A stretch of DNA of 63,858 nucleotides, filler included, from Dugesia japonica (GCA_001938525.1; 5 parts of 5 records of this genome joined end to end with filler, not necessarily neighbours in it); one strand, 5' to 3'; shown: positions 26,481 through 39,750, numbered from the whole stretch's first letter. Numbers and translations: made by a program. The notes: generated by a model from the letters alone, not told the origin.

Positions 26481-27879
26481 AGTTAATAGTTGATTTAGTT
26501 CTATTCTTTCGACCACAGAGAAAGTTGTTCATAAGAGTATATTAGTAGAAAATTCAAGTTTTTGTCTTTACATGATATTAATGAAATTGCTGTCAAATTG
26601 CTACAATTAATTTCTATTAATCCATTACTATAAAATTATTTTAATGAACAAATCTAGCAAAGAACAAGCACATATAAAAGAGCTGATAACCGCACAGAAA
26701 AAGTGTGCCGAGAAGCGCAGGGAACAACAAAATGAAATCTTGCGGTTGAATGGACAAGCGACAAAGTCAGCATTCAAATATGCTCAGCTAAAAGAGAAAA
26801 ATTATCCCTTCAACTACGCCAATCGAGAAGCTTTCAGGTTTACTACTCTCTACACGCTATGGATAAAGTACAGGTTCATGCCAGCAGATTCTGAGGAGAG
26901 ATCTAGATGCATGGGAGTGGTAATGGTGTATATAAGAATAAATTGTTTCAATGTTGTCACGATTTCTGTGTAGTTTAGTAAAGTTTATGTACGACTAGTT
27001 TGATTCATATAATCTGGCTAAAATATTGAGCGTGAGATGAATGATTGTCTATTAACATCAATCGAGAGTAAGACGCAATACCGCAAAGTCGAGCTGAACC
27101 CGTGTAATAAAGGTGCATGGTACAGAGGTTTCATAAACGCTTGAGGTTATTAATTATGTCCCTAGATTGTAAAAATGATGATTAAATATAAAGGCAAGTG
27201 GATAAGAGAGAATATGTATTTTTCTAACATAAAAAATCTTAGAAACCCAACACATAATACAAATATTTTAAACAAACACTTTAAAATTCTAATCCAACAC
27301 AATAAAAATTGTAACACATTACATTAAATTTATAATCCATAGTACAAATATCTAAACCAATTAATGAAAACTTGAAACCAATATATTATAATTTCAAGCG
27401 AACACATAAAGATTCAAAGTCAATAAATGAAAATGTAACTTATCATGATAAAATTCAAAATCATTATAAAAAGTTTGCAAACAAACTGTAAAATTTTAAC
27501 CAATCATGAAAAAATTTAAATCAATACATAAAAATTCAAAACCAAAACACTAAAATTATACTTAACATGTAAAATTTAGAAATATAAAAAGGGTCAAAAC
27601 TTTAAAACATTACTAGGGGCCAGAATTTTAAGAACAACCTTCTAAAAGTTAATTATAACTTAAGTAAAAATTATAAAATAAACCCGTGAAAATCTTATAT
27701 AAAAAATTAAATACCACTGGGGACAATTAACCGCTGAAAAATAAGAAAAATAATCTTTTATTATACTATATGAAAATATAGTAGAAAAATTTTAATTTTT
27801 ACATTATTTACATTACAAATTTGCAAATCACTTTTTTGTACACGGGGGATTGGATCTGATGTGCTACTATCCCTCAATT

Positions 27880-28390
27880 CAGGAAGATGTTGTTAATCTG
27901 ATCAAAATAAATCCAAATCTTCTTTGGTTAATTTTGTCTTCAATAAATATTCTGTCATTTCAAATTCTTCAATTTCCTTCTTCTGTTCTTTTTTATCCAA
28001 ATAATTCGATGAATTTGGTTGATGTTGATTTGTGCTTCATCACTTTTTTGGATATTTTTCTTTATTTTTGCTATGTATGGTTTGACAGAATTACCTCTTC
28101 TGTAATTTAACCGCGTCTCTAAATCGTTAGCCAAATTGTTTTTCTTTTAAAACGTATTTTTAATTCGTTGAACATAATCTTCTTTAGAAGTTTTATCAAA
28201 TTTTTCTCTGACAGATTTACTAGAATAATCTCTAATAACAATGTTTCTTTGCACATTGTCAAGTCTTATCAGAGAAAAACATGGTTACATTTTCTTGAAA
28301 AATTTGTCTAGATCATCTCTAATTTCATAAATCTTTGGTTGAAGAAGTATTTGTAATAATTCTGGGTCGATAGAGTGCTCGCCATGTTAG
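27880..28390 (-). mobile_element. LTR-retrotransposon PBS plus decayed gag-like fragment
   Basis: Minus strand reads ...TAACA TGGCGAGCAC (LTR end + TGG PBS), followed by degenerate A-rich coding sequence. Confidence 0.5.
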
Positions 28391-28730
28391 AAGACAAATA
28401 AATTATAGTAAAAATTATTTTTTATGACATTATTTTTCTATTTTATATTGTGGAAATCTCCAGTGATTTCGAAATGGAGGACATACTCATTCATAAACAC
28501 ATCATTCCAATAAACATTAAACTTCATATCAAAATCAAAACATGCATACCCAAACCCATATGTTACATAATCATCAACTCTCGTTTACCACATAAAACCA
28601 ATTTGCCGATATTATACAATACAATGGTAAATTTTAATTTTAATTAATTTATTATCACTATAGTAACCATCTATTTATAGCAACAATTTATAGTTTCATT
28701 TTATATTATAATCAATTATTATTTATCAAC

Positions 28731-28731
28731 A

Positions 28732-28799
<68 letters not shown>

Positions 28800-28935
28800 N
28801 NNNNNNNNNNNNNNNNNNNNNNNNNNNNNNNNNNNNNNNNNNNNNNNNNNNNNNNNNNNNNNNNNNNNNNNNNNNNNNNNNNNNNNNNNNNNNNNNNNNN
28901 NNNNNNNNNNNNNNNNNNNNNNNNNNNNNNNNNNN

Positions 28936-29002
<67 letters not shown>
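28731..29002. repeat. (ATT)n microsatellite spanning a gap
   Basis: Direct reading; source of the poly-I ORF. Confidence 0.95.
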
Positions 29003-29119
29003 GTAATTTCATGGTTTTTATTGAAAACAGTAACAATAATAATGAAATTTGTTCAACAAAAAATAAATACAATTAACTATCACTTTTGACAATATTTATT
29101 TTTATAAAGATTGAGACTA

Positions 29120-29835
29120 TCACTTCAAAAGTTGTGATTTATTCTTCGATTTCGACTTCAAAGTAATATTTTCTCTAGATGGTAAGCAGCTAATCAATTT
29201 TCTTAACTCTACTAATCCAGGAAATAATTCGATATCGAGTCCATCTTTAACTAAAATTGTACCAAAACAAATTATCATATTTTCAGACGGTACTGCAATC
29301 ATTTCCATTTTTAAAATATTCTTTCTACTGATTTTCGGTTTTAAATACTTATATTTTTTGTTATATGATTTATTTTTACATAAAGATTTCATTTCTTCTT
29401 TATTAGCAANNNNNNNNNNNNNNNNNNNNNNNNNNNNNNNNNNNNNNNNNNNNNNNNNNNNNNNNNNNNNNNNNNNNNNNNNNNNNNNNNNNNNAGTTTG
29501 TTCGAATAGATTCCAAACAAAAATAAATAGCCTTTTATAACGTGATTTTCATAAAAACTTTGACCTAATTCATAGCTTTTCCTACAATTTTTCGATACAA
29601 CTCGAGTCTCGATATTATCGACAGTGGATAAAATCATATTATTATATGGTTTGTTGCAAACTGAACAATTTTGATTACAATTTAAATTATTAATTAAAAG
29701 ACAAAAATAATGGTAACGATGACCACATGATGTCAACAGTACTCCGAGTTCTGGTAGAATATTTTGTTGGCAGACTTCACAAACAGGATCAAATAAAGAG
29801 CTTGAGAAAGTTTCGTTTAAAGAATTATTTTCCAT
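29120..29835 (-). CDS. RING-H2 zinc-finger protein (putative E3 ligase), frame interrupted by N gap
   Basis: CEVC-x14-CGHRYHYFC-x11-CSVC (C3H2C3) in ORF 29389..29835; ORF 29120..29392 probably continues it beyond the gap. Confidence 0.7.
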
Positions 29836-30068
29836 TTGTTTACTTTTTAATTAATATCGACATTCTTATAAACATTCATAAATAAATAATTATTGCGCAA
29901 TTTATTGAAAATGCTATTTGTAATTCCGTAATTTCTTTAACACCAGATTTACGGATCTAATAAATATAATTTAAATAATTCATTTACAGAATTTTCAATA
30001 AATTATAAAGCGTAAATCATTTTTTCAGATTTTCTTCAATTTCCAAATATAATTCTAGTAATAATTGT

Positions 30069-30186
30069 AATTCATTTAATATAAAAGCTTTGATCAAAAT
30101 TTTGGTTTTTTTATTGATATCAAATTATTATCCAATATCAATAAAAAAACCAATATTTTGATCAAAGCTTTTATATTAAATGAATT
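30069..30186. repeat. Near-perfect palindrome, ~52-bp arms with 14-nt loop
   Basis: aattcatttaatataaaagctttgatcaaaat.ttggtttttttattgatat and its reverse complement, one mismatch. Confidence 0.92.
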
Positions 30187-30720
30187 CTAATAAAAGATCA
30201 ATGGTTATGTCCACCAATTATTCTCGCAATAATTGCAATTGTAAAATAATTGTAAGTATAAAATAATTTACAGTAAATCATATTCATTTTCATTAATATG
30301 ATTAAAGATATCCTTTTCAATTCTCTTAGTATTTGTAGTGCTACGCTGTATTTACTGTAAAAATCAAAATGTAAATTATTTTTAAAAATTGAAATACAAA
30401 TATAAATAGACTGCCAAATATCTTAAACATATTAAGTTTTTTTGAAAAAAAATTTAACATATTTTTCAAATTTGTGTAAATATTTTTAGATTCTCTTCAA
30501 TATTGTAATATATGATTCGTGAAGCAAGAAAATCTTTTTCAAGCATAAACTTTATTAGGAGTAAATAGTGTGATCTTTTTATTGATGATAACATGAAATC
30601 ATGCCTAAAATTAAAAAAAANNNNNNNNNNNNNNNNNNNNNNNNNNNNNNNNNNNNNNNNNNNNTTAATTAATTAANNNNNNNNNNNNNNNNNNNNNNNN
30701 NNNNNNNNNNNNNNNNNNNN

Positions 30721-31062
30721 AATGGTGTTCCTTCTAAATCTAAAAATATAGAAGTGAAAGCACCACCTTTGAATAATTGTACTATTAAATTACAAGAAAT
30801 ACTAATAAATTCAAGATTGAATCCAGAAAGGGTGGTTAACCAAATGATAAAAGATGAAGAAACTGCATTTAAATGCAAATTTTTTAAAAATCAAGATAAA
30901 ATTGATCGACAAAGAAAGCTTGTCCAATTATATAAAAAGCATTTAACAGCTAGTCTGGATTTAAATAAAGTGAATGACAAACACTCCTCGTTTGACGAGA
31001 AAATGTTAGCGAAGTCTAATTCTACAGGATCTTTGAAATCTATTTATGACAATAAAAGATGA
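30721..31062 (+). CDS. 3' end of an unidentified coding region
   Basis: Open frame from the contig edge to TGA with protein-like composition; no recognisable domain. Confidence 0.4.
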   Translation, partial: NGVPSKSKNIEVKAPPLNNCTIKLQEILINSRLNPERVVNQMIKDEETAFKCKFFKNQDKIDRQRKLVQLYKKHLTASLDLNKVNDKHSSFDEKMLAKSNSTGSLKSIYDNKR

Positions 31063-31163
31063 TTTTGTATTGTTTTTCAGATAATAATAATAATNNNNNN
31101 NNNNNNNNNNNNNNNNNNNNNNNNNNNNNNNNNNNNNNNNNNNNNNNNNNNNNNNNNNNNNNN

Positions 31164-31210
<47 letters not shown>

Positions 31211-32431
31211 GATTATTATTATTAGATAGATAGTGGCGGTCATAGCCTACACACATGCAGTAGCTCCCCGTATTTAAAAAATTTTTCTAATGTAAATACT
31301 TGAAGACATCTTATCCTTACCTTATTAACCTTATCTTTCTCTGTTTACCCTGTTTTACATTGTTTTTACCCTATTTACCCTGTTTTCTATTAAAATTTAT
31401 GAATTAAGCTTTGAATATCAATAATGACCCATGGTATATTTTATTGGTTGATTACGTAATATGACAAGCCACTATTAATAAGTTATGTTTTAATATATTG
31501 CATAAAGGAATGAGTGTATTATAATTTCGGTTCAATATAGGTTTCAACATCAAAAAATATGGGTTTTATTTTGTAAAATATAGTTATTCGTTTACAAATA
31601 ATCCTTCACTATTTTTGTCTTTGCTTTCTCATTGGCATCCTTGCTTGCACATTATTAAATGGTTTCGTTTTTGAAAATATGAATTTCAACAATACAAAAT
31701 AATGGTTTATCTTTGAAAGTGCTAGCTTTATCATAGATAATTTATGGAATTATTGAAAATAAAATTTTTACCATTGTAAATTATGTGTTTGGACATAAAA
31801 AAATATTTAACAGAGTAAATCAAGTCACTTAAGATACCGCATTTATTCTATACATAGTCATTTAATTTGCTTAATTAGTCTATTTTTGTCACTTTTTGCC
31901 AATTTTTTCACCATTTCCCCTACTTTGGTCATTTACCTATTTTCTTGATTTACCCTTATTTAGCCATATTTAGCTATATTTTCCACCATCTTCCATCATT
32001 TCTCTCTATTTAACCTATACAATTTAACCTATTTCTCTCGATTTAATCTGAATACAAATTTCCTCTTATTTTCCAATATTTATTTCTATTTAGTCATATA
32101 TTTAGTCATTTTCCATCATTTATTATTTATTCATATTTTATCTCTAATTTATATTTGATCTTAATCTTTAAAGACTAACATTTAGAGATAAAAGAAGATA
32201 ATAAGACTGAATGATAGTAATAGTTGGTATGACGTACATCTTATTTAAAATAATACAACTATTTCAGTATAATTTCATCATCAGATTATCCTTCTACTTC
32301 TTTGCTTGCTCCTTGGTTCCTTGCGTTCACCTTAGCAACTCTATTTGGTTTTTATAGGTTTATTTTGATTTTTAATACCTAATTATCAGTTACATTAATA
32401 ATTGAACACGAACATTTAAAATATTTATTTG

Positions 32432-32472
32432 TTGCGATCAATTTTGACGGAATAACCGTCATCTTCGGGCAA
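32432..32472 (-). ncRNA. Degenerate minimal type I hammerhead ribozyme of a Penelope-like element
   Basis: Minus strand TTGC-CCGAAGA-T-GACGG ttatt CCGTC-AAAA-TTGA-TC-GCAA has stems I and II intact but two core substitutions; ~80 nt downstream of the GIY-YIG stop. Confidence 0.65.
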
Positions 32473-32479
32473 TATAAAA

Positions 32480-33265
32480 ATATTAAAACAAACTTTCTAC
32501 AAAGTTTAAATGATTTTATAATTTCAATTGTGCAATTTCAATAATAAAATTAATGAAATAATTTTAAGAGCGATGTTGAATCCGTTAACTGAACATTAAT
32601 TTTAGGATTTAATGCCCTTATCAACAAAGCTTCACACATCACTCTCTCCCAATAATTATTAAATAGATTGCACAAGGTTTTAAAATCAGAACACCCGATT
32701 GATTTTATACATTTTTTCCGATGCTCAACAATATTACTATTACCACTATTTCGGATATGCTCTTGAATTCTAGTGCAGAGATGACAAGAAGTCTCTCCAA
32801 TGTATGTGGCGTTACACCCATTACATTTAAATTGATTGACCAAATAGGAGCACAAGCCTAAAGGGTTTATAGATTTATTATCGAACATATTTATAACCTT
32901 ATGAGATTGAGATACAACTTTTATATTTAAAATATTCTTAAAAGCACTTTCAATCGAAAGTTTGAGTTTTTAAAAGCCTTCAAAATAAGGCAAAGATAAA
33001 ACAATTTTATGATTTGTTTCTACAACCTCATATACATCAACACAAAATAGATCACTTTTAAGTTTATTCAAAGTTTCATAGACCAATTTGTCCATAAACA
33101 ATTTAGAATACCCATTATTATGAATTTAGTCTAGTAATTTTTTTAAACTCTTGTCTGCTTTGATAAAAGTAGAAAAGAGATACTAAGAACGATGACCTAG
33201 TCATTTAATCACTTAACTTTTATATTTTATGTCACTAAAGCTGTCAGAACTTCTATACAAACCAG
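32480..33265 (-). mobile_element. Penelope-like element 3' fragment (RT thumb + GIY-YIG endonuclease)
   Basis: ORF 32550..32888: FKCNGCNATYIGETSCHLCTRIQEH...EALLIRALNPKINVQ; TGLY motif remnant near 33260. Confidence 0.9.
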
Positions 33266-33269
33266 TAAT

Positions 33270-36200
33270 AGGGATAACTACGAATATGATTCAAGACCGT
33301 TGGTTAAACTATAGTGCAAATGATAAGAAAATACCAGTACAACAGAGTTTGATACCGGTGGAACAGAAAAAAGCAGTGATTACATAGGAAAAAAGTGGGT
33401 TATCATTAACAGTAGAACAAAGTTTTATATCAGTAGAATAAAAAAAACTAAGGTTTGTGCTTTTGAGTTGTGGATTTTAGTGGAAGTTTTGAGTTATAGT
33501 TTTAAGTTAACGTTTTGAGGCTTCGCAATAAAAAATATCAGCGCACATTTAATAAGCCAAAAATGTCGATTCATATTCGTAATTATCACTATTATTCTAG
33601 TTTTTGTTATTTTTAAAAATATAATAAAATTTTTTATGTATAAAATGAAAAAAATATATTTGTAATGATTTTAAAGAAAATTTTGATGGTAAAGTTAATT
33701 TATTTAAACATTTAGACTCGATTGAATATAGAAACATTTTTATTAATAAATGGGAATGTTATTGTTGTCATGAAAAATTTAAGACTACTAAAACTAAATT
33801 TAAAGAACATAAAAATTATGTCTTGTTAGCAAATTAAAACCTTCTGGTGTTGTTTATTCAAAAGAAGAAATTAAAGAACTTCATAAATATTATGTTAAAA
33901 ATTGTTTATATTGGAATCATCATAAAAAATAGTTTTTATAATTGTAGAAATAGATGTTGTTTAGTCAAACTAATTATTTAATTGTCAGTGTTTTAAAATA
34001 TATTTTGTGTATCAAGTTCCTTTTAGTTATCAAAACAACATGGCGTCACAATCAGTTTTAGAAGAATTTCTCAAATTCCTTTAAGAAAATACGAATTTCC
34101 ACAATCGATTTCAGATAAATGACAAAATATCGCACAAAAACGATCAAGGTAATTAACAATAATTAATGAGCTTAATTGTAGACAGGAAAATATGTCTATT
34201 TGCGAATATTTAACGACCGTTCGAGTTGCAGGCATGACAAAATTGCATAATCATGATGACATAGAACGAGAAGGGATCCTTATTAATATATTTTTAAAAG
34301 GGATTAACAATCCAAATGCTGCCAAAGCGACTGAATTGACGAAACTAAAATCACTAGAAGAAACGTTTAATCTTATTAAAAAAAATGAAGACAAAAAATC
34401 AGAAAATTATTATGTGAGAAAGAATACCAATGAGATAGACTGTCAAAGATCCAACAAAAATTGAAATTTTAAAGAAACGAGTCTCCGATTTAGAATATAA
34501 AATAAGACAGTTGGGAAAAAATCATGTTATTAAAAGTTACCTTAACCATGAAAAAACATAAAAAGACTTTAAGAATCGAATTGAATGCTATTATTGCAAA
34601 GAAGAAGGGCATATTGCAAGAAACTGTTTAAAACCTCTTAAATGAAATAAATCTAAGAATACTAGACATATATCCAGATTTTGCAAAAGTAATGACAAAG
34701 TCCAACAAAAACAAAATATCCGGCAATTTTAGGATACAAATTTTAATCACGAAATCGAATATTATGAAATTTTTTGTGAAAACGATAGTATTATTACTGA
34801 TCATAAAAGTAAAACCGAGGAAGAAAATGGATTATTTAAAATAGTAGCAAGTAGAAGAAAAACTATAAAACATTCTAGGCCAAAAATTAAATATCCAGAC
34901 GATATTATTCAAATTGAGCAATTCATCAATGGATCAAGGAAAACAAATCCAATAAAAGTGGCTACAAAAACGATGATATCAGAGAGCAGAAGTAAATTGG
35001 CGCCGAATAAACCAATTATTAGAGATTATATAGAAGCTAAAGATGAAAAGATATTCATTGATTTAGGAATAGAATCAAGTATTGTCAACTATGGACTATT
35101 CCAGAAACTTCAAGAAAGAAAATGACTCAAACTATATCGATCCAACAAAGTGTTAAATTGTGCTAAGGGCTCAAATATATAGGTGATTGGACATTAGACA
35201 TATTAAAAGTGAAAATAGGAAATAAAACTAGTAGAGTTAAAATGATAGTATGATAAATTATTTCCTCAAGTAATTATAGGCATTAAAGAAATGAAAAGTC
35301 TAAATATTGCGGTGATGCGAGCAAATGACTGCATTTTTGTAGATGAAGAACGATTCTCATTTATCTCTTAAGTAAGAGAGACAAAAAACTAGAACGCTCA
35401 GTTTATGAGAGTCCAAAAGCTGAGGCGAACCATTACAGGGGGTTCAAATTTGTAATATTAGAATACTTTTAGATAGAACAAATTCATTAGTTATAGTTTT
35501 CCCGAATCGAACAGACACTTTTGTATTAGATACTGACGCAAGCAATCATGCTATGGGAGCAGTTCTGAACCAGTTACAAAATAATGAAGAAAACGTTATC
35601 TGCTATGGATCAAAAAAATTTACAAAGACAGAGCAGATGTACTGTGTAACTAGTATAAAACTCTTGGCAGTTTAAATGTTTTTGGAACACGATTTAAACA
35701 TTACCTTTTAAGCAAAAAAATTAGCATACACACGGAACATAAAAGTTTAACATGAATTCTGAATTGTACAAAGCCAAATATCTCCCAATATTGCTCATGG
35801 ATAGCAGAATTAGAGGCTTATGATTTTGAAATTCAACATAGACCTAGGAAATTTTATGTGAATGCGGACGCTTTATCTAGAGAGAAACAATGCAAACAAT
35901 GCAAAAAAATACCTGTAAAAGAAACGGAATATAAAGGTGGTAAAATCAATAGTTGAAAACGAGAAAATAAATTATCATGAAATCAAAGAAATTGAGAAAG
36001 AACGAGAAACCTACGATACGAATCGAGTAAATGAATTATTAAATTATTTTCACAATAGATTGGGACACCCAAGTGGAAGACAGACTCTGCACAATGCACA
36101 AAGATACCACCAGTGGAATAACATGAAAATCGACATAGATACATTCATTAACAATTGTATTCTATGTGTAGAAAGAAAAGAAGGAAATAAACTAGGATGT

Positions 36201-37020
36201 AAGATAAAATTAGCATTCAACGACGCAGAGCCATTTGAAACAATATGTGTTGACATTAACATGACCATTAACAACAGTAGCCGGTTATTCCTACATCTTA
36301 GGCATAAAAGACGCATACTCCAGGTATGTATCATTAATCCCGATGAAAAGTATTACCGCAGAAGGGATAAAAAAATCTTTACTAGAAAGATGGATAGCAT
36401 ATTTTGGAATTCCTAAAATCATTCATTCAGATAATGGAACACAATTTAAGTCAGCATCGATGAACATACTATGCAAGGAGCTACAGATAAGTCAATTCTA
36501 TTCGTCTCCATATTGCCATGAAGGAAATGAACTAATATAGCTGGCATTCAGAACAGCAAAAGATAAATTATTTATGATGAGCCAATCAAATAAACAAAAT
36601 TGGGTAGAAACTTTACCATTTGCAGAAATGAGCATGCAATCAGCTAAATCAAAGAAACACAATATTTCAACATTCCAAACAATATTTGGTACTGAAATGA
36701 GATTAAGTACTAAGATCGCTTTAGGAGAAATAAAGAATCAGAAAACAAATGAACAGGCAAAGAAAGAGTTTGCAGAAAACAATATTAAGGAGAAAAGGAA
36801 CCAGCTAAAAATACCGGAAGAACCACGAACAGAGCAAAACAAAGCTAAAGTAAGGGATTTGGTTACAGTGAAAATCAACGAGAGTGGTATGCTTAAGAAG
36901 AGATTCTCAGGACCATGGGAAGTTAATAACATTTTACCTAATAATAATTTAGAATCTGAATCTTCATCAGTGGAACAACTAGACCTAATAAATTGGACTT
37001 GGAGAAAACCGAATATCAAC
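33270..37020 (+). mobile_element. Ty3/Gypsy LTR retrotransposon relic lacking RT
   Basis: LTR end AACA + PBS TGGCGTCAC at 34041; gag knuckle CYYCKEEGHIARNC (~34587-34630); protease IFIDLGIESSIV; RNase H FVLDTDASNHAMGAVL; integrase HHCC (HNRLGH...CILC) and IHSDNGTQF; GPW motif near 36910. Confidence 0.9.
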
Positions 37021-37610
37021 CAAGAATCATTAAAAAAAGCTTAAAAAATATATTTGAAGAAAATAATAGAAATTCAAATTATATTTGGTTTGATAAAGAG
37101 TCCGCAATTAGATCAAAATATTTTAATAAATTTCTTAAAGAAAATGAGATAATTTATACCATACAAAAATTAGGGTAAATCGGTTGTTGCTGAAAGATTT
37201 ATTAGAACTTGAAAAACTAAAATGTGGAAATATTTTACATGAGTTGGAAATCTAAAATGGAATAAAAACTTGTTAGATAAAATTGTTGATGAATATAATA
37301 ATACAATTCATTCAAGTATAAAAACAACACCAAAAGATGTTAGTAAAAATCCTGAAAACATAAAATAAATAATCGAAGATCATAATCATAAAAATGATGA
37401 TTTAAAAAAGAAAATAAATTTAAAATTGGAGATCGAGTTAGAATTTTTAAATATAAATATAAATTTGAAAAAGTTTTTACAGGATAAATGAACTATTTGT
37501 AGTAACCCAATTTTATAAAACAAAACCTTTTACTTATGGAATTACTGATTTAAAAAATGAAAATATTCTAGGTAGATTTTATAGCAATGAACTTCAGAAA
37601 ATTGTTTTAA
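37020..37610 (+). pseudogene. Polinton-type rve integrase (decayed)
   Basis: YIWFDKE..., KSVVAERFIRT.KTKMWKYF, DEYNNTIHSSIK.TP, FKIGDRVRI, GRFYSNELQK. Confidence 0.88.
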
Positions 37611-38369
37611 AAATTTTACTTTAAATAAATTGATAATGGTTAATAATTCTTTTAAATTTATTTTAAAAGATACTTTAAAAGAAGCCTTGAAAGAGGACTC
37701 ATTAATTTCAACTGATAAAGAAAAATTAAAAACAAGAAAAAAACTAGTCTAAAAAGACTTGATTAAAAAAAGAAAAATATAAGAAATCCACGAGAATGGT
37801 TTTGGAAGTGGATAATTGTAAATAGTGTTAGAGATAAATATTTAAACATGCCATCTGAAAAAGTAGATGAAGTTTATAATATATTAATCAACTATTTTAA
37901 AACTTTTAATTTTACTAATATGGATATATATAGTATAAGTATATTAAATTTAGTACTAAGTAAGCTAAATAAACCTTATATGAAAGGTAGTATAGAAAAA
38001 ACAAATTGAACATTCTCTTGATGAAATAATGATTTCTGATTATGATTAATTTTTATTAAATAAATGACTTCATTAATTAGTAAAAAGGATGATTACCAAA
38101 AAGATGATACTTGGTTTGCCGAATTCTTTTTTATTCATGGCAAAACAAACCTAGCAATATTTGATTTGTTTACAAAGGAAGTATTTATAGAAAACAAATC
38201 ATCATTAACAAGTTCACTTGGAAAAATAATTAATGCTTAGAATAGAATTCCAAACCAGTTATGTGTTTTAAAAGAAAGAGTATTTTTTAAATCTTATTGT
38301 AAGAAAAATAATATTTATTTTTTATTAAATAAAAATGTTTTCTCTAATCTGAAATAAAAATAAATACAT

Positions 38370-39100
38370 TTAATAATAAAATCTTTCCATCTATTTTTAG
38401 ATTATTAATAATTGAATCTTCTGGCTAAGGTAAAAATGTTTTGTTAATGAAAATGTTATTAACTCCAGAGTTTTTAAATAATGATCACTTGATAATTTAT
38501 TCTACAACTATAAACTAATTTGAATTACAGTTGGTTTATCATGGCTTTGAAAATAGTTTATCGAAACAAGATATTATTTTTATTTATGAACATCAAAATA
38601 TAGTTCCCGATAATTGTTCAACACCATTACAAGTTATAAAATGGTTTATAGAAAAAAACCAATTAAACCAAGATTAATAAATGTAGTTTTAAGTAATAAA
38701 CCAAATGAAGTTATTCCTTGTGATAAATTATCTAAACAAATAAAGAATTTAATAATTTTTGATGATGTTGTAAATTTAAAAGATCAAGAAATTCAAAAAG
38801 ATCTTTTACTAGAGGAAGACATAAATTGTAATGTGGTTTATATTTTTCAAACTTTTATACTATTTTCATTTGAATAAAAGCTCTATTAGAAATAATTCCA
38901 ATTGCTTTATATTTTTCAGATTAAAAAAACAGATAAAGATAATGTTTATTATGATTTATTTAGTAATATATTTTCTAGTAAAATGGAATATGATTATATT
39001 GTAACTTTACATTGGAAAACGAAGTATAACTATTAGTAATAATTATAGTCTATTACTATTTGGATAGAGAAGCTGATGTATTAATAGAAAATTTATTTGA
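38370..39100 (+). pseudogene. Polinton A32/FtsK-like packaging ATPase (decayed)
   Basis: Walker A remnant LLIIESSG*GK, Walker B LIIFDDV, RGRH.NC, IRNNSN. Confidence 0.8.
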
Positions 39101-39229
39101 AGAAGAGAAAGTGAATTAAAAGAGGTGTAGGTGTAATTAATTTCCCACCTTACCTCTTTGAAAGAGTTGAAAGAGTATTTGAATTTGGATACTAAACATA
39201 AATAATAATATTTTTATTATTTTTTTATA

Positions 39230-39750
39230 TAAAATGTCTTCAGTTATAGAAAAAGAACTTATTGATTTGATAAATTCAAATAAATGCAAATCTGTAAAAA
39301 ATTAATGGTAAAAACTATTGGATTAGTAATAAAGTTAAAGAAGAAATAAAAAGAAATTAGGTAAAGAGCATGAAGTTAAATTTGCTTTTTGTGCTGCAAT
39401 TCCAGGTATAATTGCTGGTTTAGCACCAACAGCTGGAAATGCCACTGGAAAAGCTTCAACTGTAATTAATTCAAGAGATGCAATTAAAAAATAAAACGAA
39501 ACTGAATTAGTTGAATTACAGACAAAAAATAATTCAAATAGAAAAATTAAATTCTGGATCAGAAAAAAAACTAGTTTAAAATCTGGATTATATCTAAAAC
39601 CTTATCAAGGAAATGCAATTCATAAATATTTAAAAAATAGTTTATTAAACACAGAATTAAAGATGATTACTAAAAACTTTCAAATAGGAGTATAAATAAA
39701 AACTAGTGGTGATGGTTTGTATTTAAAACCTTATGAAAAATCCTCAAGAT
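39230..39750 (+). pseudogene. Polinton/adintovirus pX-like core protein (decayed)
   Basis: AAIPGIIAGL..TAG.ATG.ASTVI hydrophobic block and two SG/GDGLYLKPY repeats. Confidence 0.65.

Noticed and set aside
26644-26973. 109-aa ORF as a host gene
   Set aside because: Only the first half is coiled-coil-like, then it runs into unrelated repeat sequence; probably a fragment of the repeat-borne ORFs
28719-29072. Poly-Ile ORF (also 31040..31243 and the ILYY repeat ORF 3009..3746)
   Set aside because: Translations of (ATT)n/(TATAA)n microsatellites and N gaps
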